From positions 1,217-65,216 of the forward strand of contig JBJKQR010000016.1 of NCBI GenBank assembly GCA_046735395.1: a stretch of 64,000 nucleotides of DNA, written 5' to 3'. The notes beneath the pieces were generated by a model, which was not told the DNA's origin, ran no database searches, and saw nothing but the letters and a program-made list of their open reading frames with translations. A program made the position numbers and the translations under genes. Below, one piece after another: positions 9,902 to 21,474 of this stretch. Numbering within the stretch: position 1 is the first letter of the stretch; each line of letters starts with the position of its first letter. The stretch comes from Fidelibacterota bacterium (GTDB lineage: Bacteria; Fidelibacterota; Fidelibacteria; Fidelibacterales; DSDE01).

Positions 9902-10407
9902 CAGTAGATCAAGTCCAGCACCATACTGCACGGGCGGGGAAGTATCTTACTTTCAAACTGGGCAGCGAGGAGTTCGGTATCGTGATCATGAAGGTCAAGA
10001 CCATCATTGGCCTCATGGAGATCACCAAGGTGCCGCGGACTCCCCATTTCGTGCGGGGCGTCATTAATCTCCGGGGTCAGATCATTCCCATTGTGGACAT
10101 GAGGAAGAAATTTGGCATGGAGACGATTGATGATACCCGTGAGACAACGATTATCGTTGTGGAGGTGAGAAAGAGCGATCATATCCAGGAAATAGGAATC
10201 GTGGTGGATTCCGTTTCGGAAGTGATGGATATCAGCGAAGAAAACATCGATGATACACCCGAATTCGGATCGGAATTCGAGTCTGATTTCATTATGGGCA
10301 TGGCCAAGGCCAAAGGGCGTGTCATCTCCCTGCTGAGCATCGAACAGATTCTCTCGACAGATGAGATCGTCAAACTGGCGGAGCTGAACCAGGGCGCTAA
10401 CGACTAA
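9898..10407 (+). CDS. cheW: Chemotaxis coupling protein CheW
   Basis: YLTFKLGSEEFGI, VRGVINLRGQIIPIVD, GIVVDSVSEV. Confidence 0.95.
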   Translation: MTVDQVQHHTARAGKYLTFKLGSEEFGIVIMKVKTIIGLMEITKVPRTPHFVRGVINLRGQIIPIVDMRKKFGMETIDDTRETTIIVVEVRKSDHIQEIGIVVDSVSEVMDISEENIDDTPEFGSEFESDFIMGMAKAKGRVISLLSIEQILSTDEIVKLAELNQGAND

Positions 10408-10449
10408 GGTTTCCAAAAAGAATTAATTCTCTTAACAAGGGGAGATGCT

Positions 10450-13110
10450 ATGTTTGAAAATATGACATTGACGAAGAAAATCACTATGGGCTTCGGCGTC
10501 GTTCTGGTCCTGTTGCTCATTACCGGTATCGTTGCATTTTTTGCAATCAATGCCGGGAGCAATGGTTTCAATGAACAGATACGCCAGGCTGATGTGACGA
10601 ACCTGATCAGCCGGATTCAGGCTAATATTCTCGAGACCCGCATGGGAGTGAAGGGCTACCTGCTGAAGAACAATCAGGAAAGCCTGAAACAGTTCAAGGA
10701 CAGGGCAAAGGCCACGGAAGACTTCATCAAGGAAACGGAAGGGGTCGTGATAAATCCCGAACGTGAAAAGATCATCAAGAGTACGGACGAAAGTTTTGGC
10801 GAATATCAGACCGGATTTGATAACATGGTAAAACTCATGAATCACAGTCATGATGTTATTGACAAGATTCTGGATGTCCAGGGTCCGGACATGGAGAAGA
10901 AGCTCGGCGATATCATGACCTCCGCCGAGGCGGATGGTGATGTGACTGCCGCAGTGGACGCGGGAATGGCAATGAGGCATCTGCTGCTGGCACGCATTAA
11001 CGTGAAGGAATTTATCCATTCGAACAGCCAGGACGCTGTGGATCGGGTCAATGAGGAATTCAACACGTTCCAGCAGGAAATGGACAAGCTGGATGCGGAG
11101 CTTCAGAACCGGACACGCCGGGCTCTCTTCAGCCAGGTTTTGAGTGGACGGGACAAATATATGGCAGGGTTTGAGGATCTGGTCAAGACTATACAGGACC
11201 GCAATGAGATCGTGGACGGAACCCTTGACCGGCTCGGGCCGATCTTTGCCAAGGATATCGAAGAGCTGAAACTGGCCTATAAGGCAGATCAGGATGCGCA
11301 GGGCGCGGCTCAGACCAAGATGAATGACCTGCTGATCATCGTGGTGATCGTTGTAGTGATCGTGGCGGCTGTCGCCGGTATTTTCCTGGCACGAAGCATC
11401 ACACAGGCCATTACCCGGCCCATCAACGATATGGTAAACGTGGCAAAGGATATTGCCGAGAAGGAGTTGGTGTCCCTGTCCGGCGTCCTCTCGAATATTG
11501 CCCAGGGTAATCTGGCGACCGTTTTCAAGATGAACCTGAAAAAGGTTGCGGTGAGGACGGAAGATGAAATCGGTGTTCTGGGTAATGCCTTCAACATGAT
11601 GATGGAAAAATTTCAGGAAGTTGCCAACTCCATGGACAGCCTGAAAGATAATATCACGGCACTGGTTACGGATGCAAATGCACTGTCGGAAGCCGCTGTA
11701 GCCGGAAATCTGGCGAACCGCGCCGATGTATCCAAGCATCAGGGCGATTACCGGGCTGTGATGCAGGGCGTGAATGATACGCTCGATGCGGTGATCGGAC
11801 CGCTGAGAATGGCTGCCACGTATGTGGACAGAATCTCCAAGGGTGATATTCCTGAAAAGAATACAGACAGCTACAACGGTGATTTCAACGAGATAAAGAA
11901 TAATCTGAATATGGCGATCGATGCCATCAACTCCATGGTGGCCGATACAGACCTGCTGGTGAAGGCCGCCGCGGCCGGAGAGCTGAAAACCCGCGCGGAT
12001 GCCAGTAAGCATCAGGGTGATTACCGGGCCATCGTTCAGGGTATCAATGATACCATGGACGGTGTGATCACTCCGGTGAATGAAGTGATATCCGTCATGG
12101 AAAAAGTGGCGGACAAGGATATGTCCATCCGTGTGAACGGAGACTATAAAGGTGACATGGATACCTTCAAAACCTTTGTGAATACTGCCATTGAAAATCT
12201 GGACACGGCCCTGGCTCAGGTAGCAGAAGGTGTGGTTCAGGTCAGCAGCGCCTCCGATCAGATCAGCAAGGGTAGCCAGAGCCTGGCGGAAGGCGCCAAT
12301 GAACAGGCCTCATCACTTGAGGAAGTATCCTCCAGCCTGGAAGAAATGGCCTCCATGACCAACCAGAATGCGGATAACGCCAAGCAGGCAAATAACCTCA
12401 GTCAGGAAGCCAATACCTTCGCCGAGACCGGGAACCAGTCCATGAAGCGGATGACGGATGCCATCGAACGGATCAAGACATCCTCCGATGAAACGGCCAA
12501 GATCATCAAGACTATTGATGATATTGCTTTCCAGACCAACCTTCTGGCCCTGAACGCGGCAGTGGAAGCTGCCCGTGCGGGAGATGCGGGGAAGGGATTT
12601 GCCGTGGTCGCGGAAGAAGTCCGGAATCTGGCGCTGAGAAGTGCGGAAGCGGCCAAGAATACGGCGGCCATGATCGAGGAATCGGTCTCCAATTCCCAGA
12701 ATGGTGTACAGATTACCAATGAAGTCGCCGAGATCCTCGAAAAGATCCAGGGTTCATCCGGCAAGGTCAACAGTCTGGTTGCCGAAATTGCCGCTGCCAG
12801 CAAGGAACAGGCTGCCGGTATTGACCAGGTGAATACGGCTGTGGCCCAGATGAACAAGGTTACTCAGCAGAATGCCGCCAATAGCGAGGAATCTGCCTCG
12901 GCTTCGGAAGAGCTCAATTCCCAGGCTATGGAACTGAGCAATATGGTGGGCAGCTTCAACCTGTCACAGAAACGCGTTCAGCCCACTGTGAAACGCGTCG
13001 CGGCTCCGGCCCCCAGGCCCGCTGCCACGGAAACTAAAGCGAAAAAGGTTGTGAAAGTGAAGAATCCGGAATCCGTTATTCCTCTGGATGACGATTTCGG
13101 CGATTTCTAA
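10450..13110 (+). CDS. Methyl-accepting chemotaxis protein (large helical periplasmic sensor, multiple HAMPs, C-terminal pentapeptide)
   Basis: Two TMs, signalling hairpin [34 protein letters not shown], ending DDDFGDF. Confidence 0.96.
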   Translation: MFENMTLTKKITMGFGVVLVLLLITGIVAFFAINAGSNGFNEQIRQADVTNLISRIQANILETRMGVKGYLLKNNQESLKQFKDRAKATEDFIKETEGVVINPEREKIIKSTDESFGEYQTGFDNMVKLMNHSHDVIDKILDVQGPDMEKKLGDIMTSAEADGDVTAAVDAGMAMRHLLLARINVKEFIHSNSQDAVDRVNEEFNTFQQEMDKLDAELQNRTRRALFSQVLSGRDKYMAGFEDLVKTIQDRNEIVDGTLDRLGPIFAKDIEELKLAYKADQDAQGAAQTKMNDLLIIVVIVVVIVAAVAGIFLARSITQAITRPINDMVNVAKDIAEKELVSLSGVLSNIAQGNLATVFKMNLKKVAVRTEDEIGVLGNAFNMMMEKFQEVANSMDSLKDNITALVTDANALSEAAVAGNLANRADVSKHQGDYRAVMQGVNDTLDAVIGPLRMAATYVDRISKGDIPEKNTDSYNGDFNEIKNNLNMAIDAINSMVADTDLLVKAAAAGELKTRADASKHQGDYRAIVQGINDTMDGVITPVNEVISVMEKVADKDMSIRVNGDYKGDMDTFKTFVNTAIENLDTALAQVAEGVVQVSSASDQISKGSQSLAEGANEQASSLEEVSSSLEEMASMTNQNADNAKQANNLSQEANTFAETGNQSMKRMTDAIERIKTSSDETAKIIKTIDDIAFQTNLLALNAAVEAARAGDAGKGFAVVAEEVRNLALRSAEAAKNTAAMIEESVSNSQNGVQITNEVAEILEKIQGSSGKVNSLVAEIAAASKEQAAGIDQVNTAVAQMNKVTQQNAANSEESASASEELNSQAMELSNMVGSFNLSQKRVQPTVKRVAAPAPRPAATETKAKKVVKVKNPESVIPLDDDFGDF

Positions 13111-13130
13111 TTCCTGACCTGTTGTAGATT

Positions 13131-13174
13131 ACCGGTTCCGGGCATATCTGTCCGGAGCCGGTTTTACTTTTTTT
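13131..13174 (+). terminator. Intrinsic terminator after the MCP gene
   Basis: ACCGGTTCCGGGCA-TATC-TGTCCGGAGCCGGT stem followed by a T-rich tail. Confidence 0.8.
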
Positions 13175-13395
13175 CAGCATTACTCAGAGAAAGGGATCCT
13201 GTGAACCGAATTTCAGGAACTCAAACCGGAAGCAAGGGGAGAGTGATTGTCGCATCGGAGTATCAGTATATCCCATCGATCTGTCTGATGATACTGCTGA
13301 AAGCCGGACGGGGCATATTGGCGGCCGAGCCGGCATCGTGGTTAATCAAGGTCTGATGCTTTCCACGTTTTATTTAATACGGAGGCGGACCCATT

Positions 13396-16300
13396 TTGAA
13401 CCGACAGTATCTGATCATTGTTATTGCCTTCATCCTGTCTCTGTTTGCAGCGAATAGTATTATCGACAAGGTTTTTGACGAAGACAGAACGAATGTACAA
13501 ACAATATATTATGACCGGATGCAGACGATCAGCACCATGCTGTTCGATGCCATGTTTCATGAAGCTGAAACCATTTTCAATACGGAGATCAATAAACCGG
13601 ATATCCTGACTCTGGCTGCGCAAGCATCCTCCTCCGAGTCGCAGGATGTCACACAAGCCCGGCATCTGCTGTATCAGCGTCTTCTGCCCCTGTTTGAAAG
13701 TTTGCAGGCGGAAGGCATACAGCAGATACAGTTTCATACGCCTGATTTAAGAAGTTTTCTCCGCATGCACAGGCCCGATGTCTACGGTGATGATCTCTCG
13801 CCTTACCGGGAAACGGTGGTTCACTGCAATAATTTTCTTGAACCCGTATTCGGCCTGGAGAGCGGTCGCTATTCGGAAGCCTATCGAAATGTCTTTCCGC
13901 TGTTTATCGAAAACCGCCATATCGGGTCCGTGGAAATTTCCTACTCCATTTCGGAAGCGGGAAAGCGCTTTACCCGGAAATTCAGCCGGAACCTGGCGCT
14001 TTTCGTCCATCAGCATGTCTTTCGGGAAACAGCCTTCAATGATAAAAAGGAGCTCTGCTACTGCCCCAGTGCCATTTCACCCGACTGGTACTATGACAGG
14101 GATACCTATTTAGGTGATACGCTGCTTGAGCTGAACAGGCAGATTCAGACGAGTATACAGGATTATCTGGGCAGCCCTGAACCGCATGTATTCTCCGCGT
14201 CGCAGAATGACAGGTCCTTTCTCATTGTCTTTTACCCGGTTCACGACTATTCAGGCCAGCTTGCCGGATATCTCACCACCTATTCGGAAAACCACCGGCT
14301 GCAGAGTATCCGACAGGAAAGCCTCATGACGAAGATTTACGTCGGACTGCTCCTGATTATTCTTTTTGCTTTGATAACCCTGAGCACCGTAAAAAACCAG
14401 CGCCTGAAGATCAGTGAGGAAAAATTCAAACTGATGGCTCACCATACCCAGCACTGGGAATACTGGCGGAATCCTGACGGAGAGTACCAGCTCGTCACGC
14501 CTGCCTGTGAAACCATCACCGGATACAGCCCCCGGCTTTTTACAGCTTCACCGGGACTGTTTCTCTCGATCGTGACCGATGAATTCAGAGAGGATGTGGC
14601 GGCTCACCTTATAGACGAAAGTGATAAGGATTTTCTGGATGACTGCCGGATGGAATTTACCATCCGCACCCGTAACAAGGACCTGCGCTGGATTGAACAT
14701 CAGTGCCATGCCGCCCGTGATGAAAACGGCCATTTCATCGGCCGTCGGGGCAGCAATATTGATATTACAGAAAAAAAGAAACTCGAAATGGATCTGGATG
14801 ACCGGACCCGTTTTTTTGAACAGGTATTCATGCAGTCTTCCATTTCGACACTCCTTCTGGACCGGGACGGCTGGGCTGTTGCAGCGAATCCCGGTTTCAC
14901 CGCCTTGTTCGGAATCCCTGCGGAGGCTATAGAAAATCATAATTACAATATATTCAAGGATGTGATCAACCGTTCACAGGGTGTGGATGTACTGCTGCAT
15001 CATGTGTACAGCAAGCTCCGCAGCGAAACTTGGGAAATGGAATATGACATTCGCAGGGGCGCGGAAAGTCAGAATATTCTCACATCCCGACGGCAGACTG
15101 TCTGGATATCCATCGTCGCCTTTCCCGTTCTGGACCACAACGGGAATCTTATCAATGTGGTCATGCAGCATGAAGATATCAGTAAACGGAAGGAATCTGA
15201 CCTCCGGCTGAAGGAATCGGAGATCCTCTTCCGATCCGTCTGGGAAAATTCGGCCAACCCCATGCGGATCTGTGACCGGGACGGGCGCATGCTGAATGTC
15301 AATACGGCCTTCTGCTCCATCGTGGATCTGCCCAGGGAAAAGCTGATCGGCCACTATCTGGATGTGGTCTACGCGCCGGGGATGGGGGGCGAACTCCTGG
15401 AAACCTACCGCAGGCGCGTTGTGGAAAACAGCATTCAGGATCGTTTCAAGCGACGGCTGAAATTTCGGACCGGTGAGGAATTCTGGTTTGATATCGCTAA
15501 CAGCTATCTGAACTCTGAGGAAGACAATGAGCAGATTCTGAGTATTTTTACGAATATTTCCGAACTTAAGACAGCGGAACTGGCGCTGCGGGAAAGCGAG
15601 GAAAAATTCCGGGCCCTGTCCGAATCCTCCAGCCTGGGGCAGGGATACTGGTCTGTGTCCGGCGAACTCATCATGTTCAATTCGGTCGCGGTGAAGAATC
15701 TGAATCGTCCGCTTGAGGACATGCTGGGAAAATCCTGCACGGAAATCTTCGGCGTGGAAAGCGGCGCAACCTATCTGGAACGAATTCGTGAATGTGCCTC
15801 CCGGCAGAAGTCCATGGGCTTTGAGGACGAAGTGACGGAGAATGGTGAAAGCAAATGGTTCTATTCCACCTATGACTGTATTTACGGCGACCGGGGGGAA
15901 ATACTGGGAATACAGATCACCAGCCAGGATATCAGTGACCGGAAGAATATGGAGGATGAGACCCATCGTATCCATGGTTATTACCGGAATGCCATCCGAA
16001 ATCTGAAAGGTATTCCCTATATAATCAATCTTGAACAGGATTGCTATGAATTCATGAGTGAGGAGGCGGTTGAAGTTTTCGGTATGCCGGCAGACGAGCT
16101 TACTCCGGCAGATTTCCGCGGCAAAATTCAGAACCTGCATATCATTGACTACAGCGGAAAAGTATGGGAAAGTAACACTGCATATGGAAATGCCTTTAGA
16201 AATGGAAAAATTTCCGAATATCAGTCGGAATTCACGGTCATGCTGGAAGACGGAAGCGAGAAAATATTTTCCGATATCTCTGTGCCGATGGACAAGGACA

Positions 16301-17544
16301 ATCGCGGAGCTGTAATTCGCTCCTTTGGTATTTTACAGGATATTACGACCCGGAAAGTAGCGGAATCGGAACGGAGTAATCTTGAGGAACAGCTGCGCCA
16401 GAGTCAGAAAATGGAAAGTATCGGCCACCTGGCCGGCGGTGTGGCTCATGATTTCAATAATATTCTCACGGCCCAGATTGTGTTCGCCAGCCTGCTGGCT
16501 GAAAAAATAAGCGATGAAGAACAGAAGACCCTGATTGACCAGATTCAGCTGTCCAATGAGCGTGCGGAAAATCTGGTGCGCCAGCTTCTGGCATTTTCAC
16601 GAAAGCAGGCCTATTCGCCGCGGCTGCTGGATCTGAATGCCACTGTGAGCAATCTGAAGAAAATGCTGCGCAGAATGGTGCCCGAAGATATTGAACTGCG
16701 TTTTTCCCTTGATGCGGATGTTCCGAAAATATTGGCTGACCCGTCCCAGGTCGAGCAGATCGTGATCAATCTGATCGTCAATGCAAAGGATGCTATTCAG
16801 AGCGGCGGTAAACTTAAAAAGAATATCGAACTCCTGACACGACGATACGGCAATGATCAGGAAATCGCTCTGAGCGCCGATCGCCTTCCTGCCGGGAGCT
16901 ATGTGCAGATTCAGATCAGAGATAATGGCTGCGGAATGACACCGGAAATTATCGAATCAATTTTTGAACCCTTTTTCACGACCAAGGAGAGCGGGAAGGG
17001 AACGGGACTGGGCCTGTCCACGGTCTTTGGGATCATTAAGCAGAATGATGCTTACATCGACGTGATTTCCGATGCGGGCACGGGGACGGATTTTACCGTC
17101 TACTGGCCGCTGAATGAAGAGGAACAGTCTCCGTCCGATTATGAAAATATTGAAATAGAGCTGAAGAAGGGCTATGAAACCCTGCTCTTCGTGGAAGATG
17201 ATGATCTGACGCTCATGGCCATCTCCGGGTATCTGGAGGATCTGGGCTATGACGTCATTACCGCCCGGAACGGCCAGGAGGCCTTTGAGGAATACCGCAG
17301 CAATCCACAGCGTTTTGACTGTGTGATTACCGATATGACCATGCCGAAAATGAACGGGTTAGAGCTGATTCAGGAAATCCATCACCTTGATCCCGATCAG
17401 AAAATTATCATGTGTTCCGGTTACAACGAAAAATGGAATGAATTCAGGGTTGATTCCCTGAAGGATATTCCCTTCATTCCCAAACCCTATCATATCAATG
17501 TCTTAAATACAAAAATACGGGAACTCTTCGACGAGGAAGACTGA
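13396..17544 (+). CDS. Hybrid sensor histidine kinase (periplasmic dCache_3-like domain, about 5 PAS, HisKA, HATPase, REC)
   Basis: [20 protein letters not shown] Cache signature; repeated PAC ends (DITEKK, DISKRK, DISDRK, DITTRK); [21 protein letters not shown]; GTGLGLS; [11 protein letters not shown]. Confidence 0.93.
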   Translation: MNRQYLIIVIAFILSLFAANSIIDKVFDEDRTNVQTIYYDRMQTISTMLFDAMFHEAETIFNTEINKPDILTLAAQASSSESQDVTQARHLLYQRLLPLFESLQAEGIQQIQFHTPDLRSFLRMHRPDVYGDDLSPYRETVVHCNNFLEPVFGLESGRYSEAYRNVFPLFIENRHIGSVEISYSISEAGKRFTRKFSRNLALFVHQHVFRETAFNDKKELCYCPSAISPDWYYDRDTYLGDTLLELNRQIQTSIQDYLGSPEPHVFSASQNDRSFLIVFYPVHDYSGQLAGYLTTYSENHRLQSIRQESLMTKIYVGLLLIILFALITLSTVKNQRLKISEEKFKLMAHHTQHWEYWRNPDGEYQLVTPACETITGYSPRLFTASPGLFLSIVTDEFREDVAAHLIDESDKDFLDDCRMEFTIRTRNKDLRWIEHQCHAARDENGHFIGRRGSNIDITEKKKLEMDLDDRTRFFEQVFMQSSISTLLLDRDGWAVAANPGFTALFGIPAEAIENHNYNIFKDVINRSQGVDVLLHHVYSKLRSETWEMEYDIRRGAESQNILTSRRQTVWISIVAFPVLDHNGNLINVVMQHEDISKRKESDLRLKESEILFRSVWENSANPMRICDRDGRMLNVNTAFCSIVDLPREKLIGHYLDVVYAPGMGGELLETYRRRVVENSIQDRFKRRLKFRTGEEFWFDIANSYLNSEEDNEQILSIFTNISELKTAELALRESEEKFRALSESSSLGQGYWSVSGELIMFNSVAVKNLNRPLEDMLGKSCTEIFGVESGATYLERIRECASRQKSMGFEDEVTENGESKWFYSTYDCIYGDRGEILGIQITSQDISDRKNMEDETHRIHGYYRNAIRNLKGIPYIINLEQDCYEFMSEEAVEVFGMPADELTPADFRGKIQNLHIIDYSGKVWESNTAYGNAFRNGKISEYQSEFTVMLEDGSEKIFSDISVPMDKDNRGAVIRSFGILQDITTRKVAESERSNLEEQLRQSQKMESIGHLAGGVAHDFNNILTAQIVFASLLAEKISDEEQKTLIDQIQLSNERAENLVRQLLAFSRKQAYSPRLLDLNATVSNLKKMLRRMVPEDIELRFSLDADVPKILADPSQVEQIVINLIVNAKDAIQSGGKLKKNIELLTRRYGNDQEIALSADRLPAGSYVQIQIRDNGCGMTPEIIESIFEPFFTTKESGKGTGLGLSTVFGIIKQNDAYIDVISDAGTGTDFTVYWPLNEEEQSPSDYENIEIELKKGYETLLFVEDDDLTLMAISGYLEDLGYDVITARNGQEAFEEYRSNPQRFDCVITDMTMPKMNGLELIQEIHHLDPDQKIIMCSGYNEKWNEFRVDSLKDIPFIPKPYHINVLNTKIRELFDEED

Positions 17545-17658
17545 TGGTTTCAGCCGCCCGTCTTTCATGACTTCCTCCTGAATCAGGTGCGATTGCTGTG
17601 AAGATTCCTCATTCTAAATGATGGCAGTATGCTTGCGCGGATTCCGATTTTATGGGGC

Positions 17659-17692
17659 AAAAAAAAGCGCCTGCGAATAAAATCACAGGCGC
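17659..17692 (-). terminator. Intrinsic terminator of the GH20 gene
   Basis: GCGCCTG...CAGGCGC stem preceded by A8 on the plus strand (U tail on minus). Confidence 0.75.
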
Positions 17693-17729
17693 GAAACAGA
17701 AATGAATCGTCTTTAAATGCTGTCCGGAC

Positions 17730-20270
17730 TCAGATGCGGACGCAGCGGCTTCCCCTGCCATCCGTTGAAAAGCTGCGCAGGCGGACTTCCTTATCCGTCG
17801 TCAGCGGGCCCTCGTAGAGAGGAGAGGAGGCATTCGGCACGCTTCCGTCCAGAGTATAGCGGAGTGTGAGGCCGGGGAAGAGGCAGTTCGCGGAGACCAC
17901 ATTGCCTTCACGGACAGCTCCCGGCAGCGGCAGCCGATAGCCGATGCCCAGTTTGTCGAGGCGCCGGAGTTCCCTGCTGCCCAGTTCGGCGCAGAAAGCT
18001 GCCCAGGCCTTGTCCAGCTCGGTCAGTCTGCTGCTGTCGTCATCAATGACCGCCCAGGCCGGCTTGGCAGACCAGGACCGTTCCGCCAGGGCGACGGTCT
18101 TCGGGAAAGCCATGTACTGGAGCCGCTGTGCTGTGGGCAGTTCCTCACTCCACAACTCTCCCTGGAGGCCGATAATGTTTTTCGCTGCTTCAGGAGCAAG
18201 TTTGTGAAAAGCATTCCGCTGTTCGGCGCTGAAAGGATTTCCCATTCTGTCGGTCCAGGCGCAATACGCGAAATTTTCGGGTGTGAATTCATAGACTTTC
18301 CGGGTATCGGTAAATCCGCCCCAGTAGAGTCCGGCTTCCTCCGGATCCTTGTCATAGGCCAGATCGAAGTAAAGGTTCGTCACATTGGCGAGGACAACGG
18401 GAAAGCCGGATTCGGCGAGTGTGTAGGCCAGGTCTTCACGTCCCCAGCCCCATACCGAATTCCAGATGAAAGCCACCGGCTTGCCGGCGCCATCTGTCAG
18501 TTTACCGGCGTTTTTATCAAATTCCACCGCCACTTCTTCCCAGCCGCCGAGCTGGATATTCTGCTCGGCCAGTATTTTTGAGCAGCGAACGAAAAAGTAA
18601 GTGAAAATATCATGCCGTTCGGTAATATCCGGATTACTTTCCTTCAATTTTGCGCAGGCCGGGCTTTTTTCCCAGACACCCCGGGCCACTTCGTCGCCGC
18701 CCAGATCCAGCAGCTTCAATTCGAGGCCTGCATCCGCGTACATGTCCTTCAGATCCTTCGTCAGGACCGTAAAGAAGCGGTAGGTCGATTCCAGGCCCGG
18801 ATCCACCACATTGTCATCAAAACGCTGGACGGAGTGATAGACGGAGGAGTCGGCCGGATCAATCAGTCTGAACTCATCGGCCTTTTCCATATCGCCCTGC
18901 GCCGCATAACGCCGATAGCGGAATTCCATGGATTTCACCGCGGCACGGGCATGGCCGGGAAAATCAAATTCAGGTACGATGTCCATATGCCGCTGGGCCG
19001 CATAGGTCAGCAGATCAATAAATTCCACTCGTGAGAAAAATTCATGATCCTTCACGAAGGGGCCGCTTCCATGCAGCGGTATGAGATGATCGGCTTCGTC
19101 CAGTGTATGGCCCCGACGTGCACCGAACTCCGTCAGCTCCGGCAGGTCAGGAATTTCCAGCCGCCAGCCTTCGTCATCACCCAGATGCAGGTAGAGTTTG
19201 TTCATCTTGTACATGGACAGCGCATCCATCATCTGTTTCATTTCGCTGATGCCATGGAAATTCCGTGAAACATCGATATGCAGCCCGCGATAGGGAAAGC
19301 GGGGATAATCATTGATGACCTGCTCATACAGAACGGCAGAGGGATCGAATTCCAGAGGAGAAAGAAGTGAATAGAGGCTCTGAAGCCCGTAAAAGATACC
19401 GGCTCCGGACGCGGCGCGAATTTCGATTCCCTTGTCATTGCTCAGAGAAAGCATATATTCCGAATCCCGTTTAAGGTCTGCATCACGGACCAGCCTGAGC
19501 GGGGTCGCGTCTGTATTTTCCCCCTCCGATCCGACGTTCAGAAAATTGCCCACCTCTCCGCGAAAAACGGCAACTTCCGTCTGGAAACCGTCAGCTCCGC
19601 TGACATTGAGGGCAGATCCGCAGTGAAATACCTCTGAATTCAGAACCTGTTTCACCGGTGTGGGAATAATGTTTCCAGTCTGCTCCGTATCGAATGCACT
19701 GAATTTTGCATTTTCTTCATAGCGTGACCGGGCGGTCGGTACGGCCAGGTGATCTTTTTTCGAGCGGGTCAGATCTTCCTCCCTGATGGAATTTTTTCCG
19801 TCAAAGGGGATTTCCTGAACAAATTCCTTGCCTTCCTTCTCCTGAAATACCGTATAAAATCCCATGGGCAGTGAGGAATACTTGATCAGCGGAGAATCGA
19901 AATTCAACGCGGCTTTCAGGCTTTTTCCCGGTTTCAGTTCCGTGCCTTCAGTGAGGGTCAGGTAATAGAATCCACTGTTGACATGAGTCAGTTTGAATCG
20001 TGTTTCAGACTCGGGCTGGTAGACACTGTGAAGTGAATTGAAATACAGCGCCCAGTTTTCCGATGTAAGGGTAACGGGAGACTGATTGCTGATGGACAGG
20101 TAGTACCTGTTGGCCTTGTCAGTCTCCTGCGGCGGATTATTCCATTCAAGCCTGATCATCTTTTTTGATTCGCTCCCTTCCCGGCATGAAAAGAGCAACA
20201 GTCCTGTTGCCAGTAGGATGGATCCATTCCTCAGAAAGGCCCTCAGACTGTTTTTTCGATGCTTTCTCAT
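17730..20270 (-). CDS. GH20 beta-N-acetylhexosaminidase/chitobiase, probable lipoprotein
   Basis: Lipobox LLFSC; DYPRFPYRGLHIDVSRNF; HLGDDEGWRLEIP; catalytic GGDE; GLQGELWSE; C-terminal RYTLDGSVP. Confidence 0.93.
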   Translation of the reverse strand: MRKHRKNSLRAFLRNGSILLATGLLLFSCREGSESKKMIRLEWNNPPQETDKANRYYLSISNQSPVTLTSENWALYFNSLHSVYQPESETRFKLTHVNSGFYYLTLTEGTELKPGKSLKAALNFDSPLIKYSSLPMGFYTVFQEKEGKEFVQEIPFDGKNSIREEDLTRSKKDHLAVPTARSRYEENAKFSAFDTEQTGNIIPTPVKQVLNSEVFHCGSALNVSGADGFQTEVAVFRGEVGNFLNVGSEGENTDATPLRLVRDADLKRDSEYMLSLSNDKGIEIRAASGAGIFYGLQSLYSLLSPLEFDPSAVLYEQVINDYPRFPYRGLHIDVSRNFHGISEMKQMMDALSMYKMNKLYLHLGDDEGWRLEIPDLPELTEFGARRGHTLDEADHLIPLHGSGPFVKDHEFFSRVEFIDLLTYAAQRHMDIVPEFDFPGHARAAVKSMEFRYRRYAAQGDMEKADEFRLIDPADSSVYHSVQRFDDNVVDPGLESTYRFFTVLTKDLKDMYADAGLELKLLDLGGDEVARGVWEKSPACAKLKESNPDITERHDIFTYFFVRCSKILAEQNIQLGGWEEVAVEFDKNAGKLTDGAGKPVAFIWNSVWGWGREDLAYTLAESGFPVVLANVTNLYFDLAYDKDPEEAGLYWGGFTDTRKVYEFTPENFAYCAWTDRMGNPFSAEQRNAFHKLAPEAAKNIIGLQGELWSEELPTAQRLQYMAFPKTVALAERSWSAKPAWAVIDDDSSRLTELDKAWAAFCAELGSRELRRLDKLGIGYRLPLPGAVREGNVVSANCLFPGLTLRYTLDGSVPNASSPLYEGPLTTDKEVRLRSFSTDGRGSRCVRI

Positions 20271-20405
20271 TCCCTGTTACTCCTTATTTTTATTCAGTTT
20301 AATTTTAATTATTAGGTAGTATAAGCTAAATATTTAGTATTAAAGATCTGAAGGTGTTTCCTCGTAGCATGTCTCTATAGTGTGCGTGCGGGTTATGCCG
20401 GTCCT

Positions 20406-20903
20406 TCAGCTGTCACGCCTCAGTTCTTCAAGTTTTGCCCTGACCATGTCACTGTGCCGCACTTCTCCGCTCTTACGCTTCATCCGCACCTGGACTTTCT
20501 GCCACTTCGCGGCAATAAGGCCGTCGGGGCTGACGATGAAGGTTGAACGAATGACCCCTTCAAACTCCCGGCTGTAATTCTTTTTCATTCCCCATGCGCC
20601 CCATTCCCGCATCACCGTCTTGTCCGGGTCGCTGAGCAGGCTGATCCGCAGACCGTATTTGTCAGTGAATTTTCTGTGGGAAGCTTCCGTATCCGCGCTG
20701 ATTCCCACGATATCGGCATGCAGCTCCCGAAATTCATCCAGTGCATCCGTGAAATCACAGGCTTCCTTTGTGCAGCCCGGCGTATCGTCTTTCGGGTAGA
20801 AGTAGACCACCAGCCATTTCCCATCGAAAGCCTGACGTTCTACCATCTGTCCCTTCAGGTCCTTCAGCCGGAAGTTCGGCGCCTTATCTCCGATTTCAAG
20901 CAT
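20406..20903 (-). CDS. bcp: BCP/PrxQ peroxiredoxin
   Basis: YFYPKDDTPGCTKEAC and RSTFIV. Confidence 0.92.
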   Translation of the reverse strand: MLEIGDKAPNFRLKDLKGQMVERQAFDGKWLVVYFYPKDDTPGCTKEACDFTDALDEFRELHADIVGISADTEASHRKFTDKYGLRISLLSDPDKTVMREWGAWGMKKNYSREFEGVIRSTFIVSPDGLIAAKWQKVQVRMKRKSGEVRHSDMVRAKLEELRRDS

Positions 20904-21065
20904 TTTTATCCTCCATCACCGGGATATTCCCGTTATGGTTTGCCCGCTTATTCAGATTCAGGTTCACGAATCCATAATACTCAATTGAACTGTTGAATGA
21001 AATAAAAACTTTTTCCGTATATAATATTTTTGTAAAATTCTGTCAACGGAGAAGGACGACGGATT

Positions 21066-21452
21066 ATGCAGCACTATCAATTCATCGACGCCCTGACATT
21101 TCTATATCATAGTTTTGCCCACAGTACCAATGGGCGCATCAGTGACGCCGAACAGGAAATGATCGTGGATAAGCTGCTGAACTGGAAACTGCTGCATAAT
21201 GTGGATGAACTCCGTTCCACCATTCACCGAAGCCATGCCATGTATCTGGATTGCCTCACGAATGATTCACTCCATGATACCATCAATGAAATGATTCAGC
21301 TCCTGACCATGAATGAATTGCCGGAAGGTGTCCGGATCACCATTATCAATGATCTCATGGATATTGCCATGGCTGATGGCGAGGTGCTGGAAACTGAAGT
21401 CCGCTGGATAAAGAGCCTGGCCGATGGCTGGGACATTCCCCTGAATATCTGA
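21066..21452 (+). CDS. TerB-like (tellurite resistance B fold) protein
   Basis: Paired acidic motifs GRISDAEQ and IAMADGEVLETE; AAGGA RBS. Confidence 0.65.
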   Translation: MQHYQFIDALTFLYHSFAHSTNGRISDAEQEMIVDKLLNWKLLHNVDELRSTIHRSHAMYLDCLTNDSLHDTINEMIQLLTMNELPEGVRITIINDLMDIAMADGEVLETEVRWIKSLADGWDIPLNI

Positions 21453-21474
21453 ACCCCGAAAGAGAAAAAATAGC

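Noticed and set aside
10432-12012. Long antisense ORFs (526 aa here; also 5390-6523, 14974-16140, 21835-22932, 24624-25604)
   Set aside because: They are shadow frames of well-supported genes on the opposite strand and have no motifs.
13201-13356. 51-codon GTG-start ORF between the MCP and the hybrid kinase
   Set aside because: It lies just after a terminator and has no motif and only a weak RBS, so it cannot be supported.
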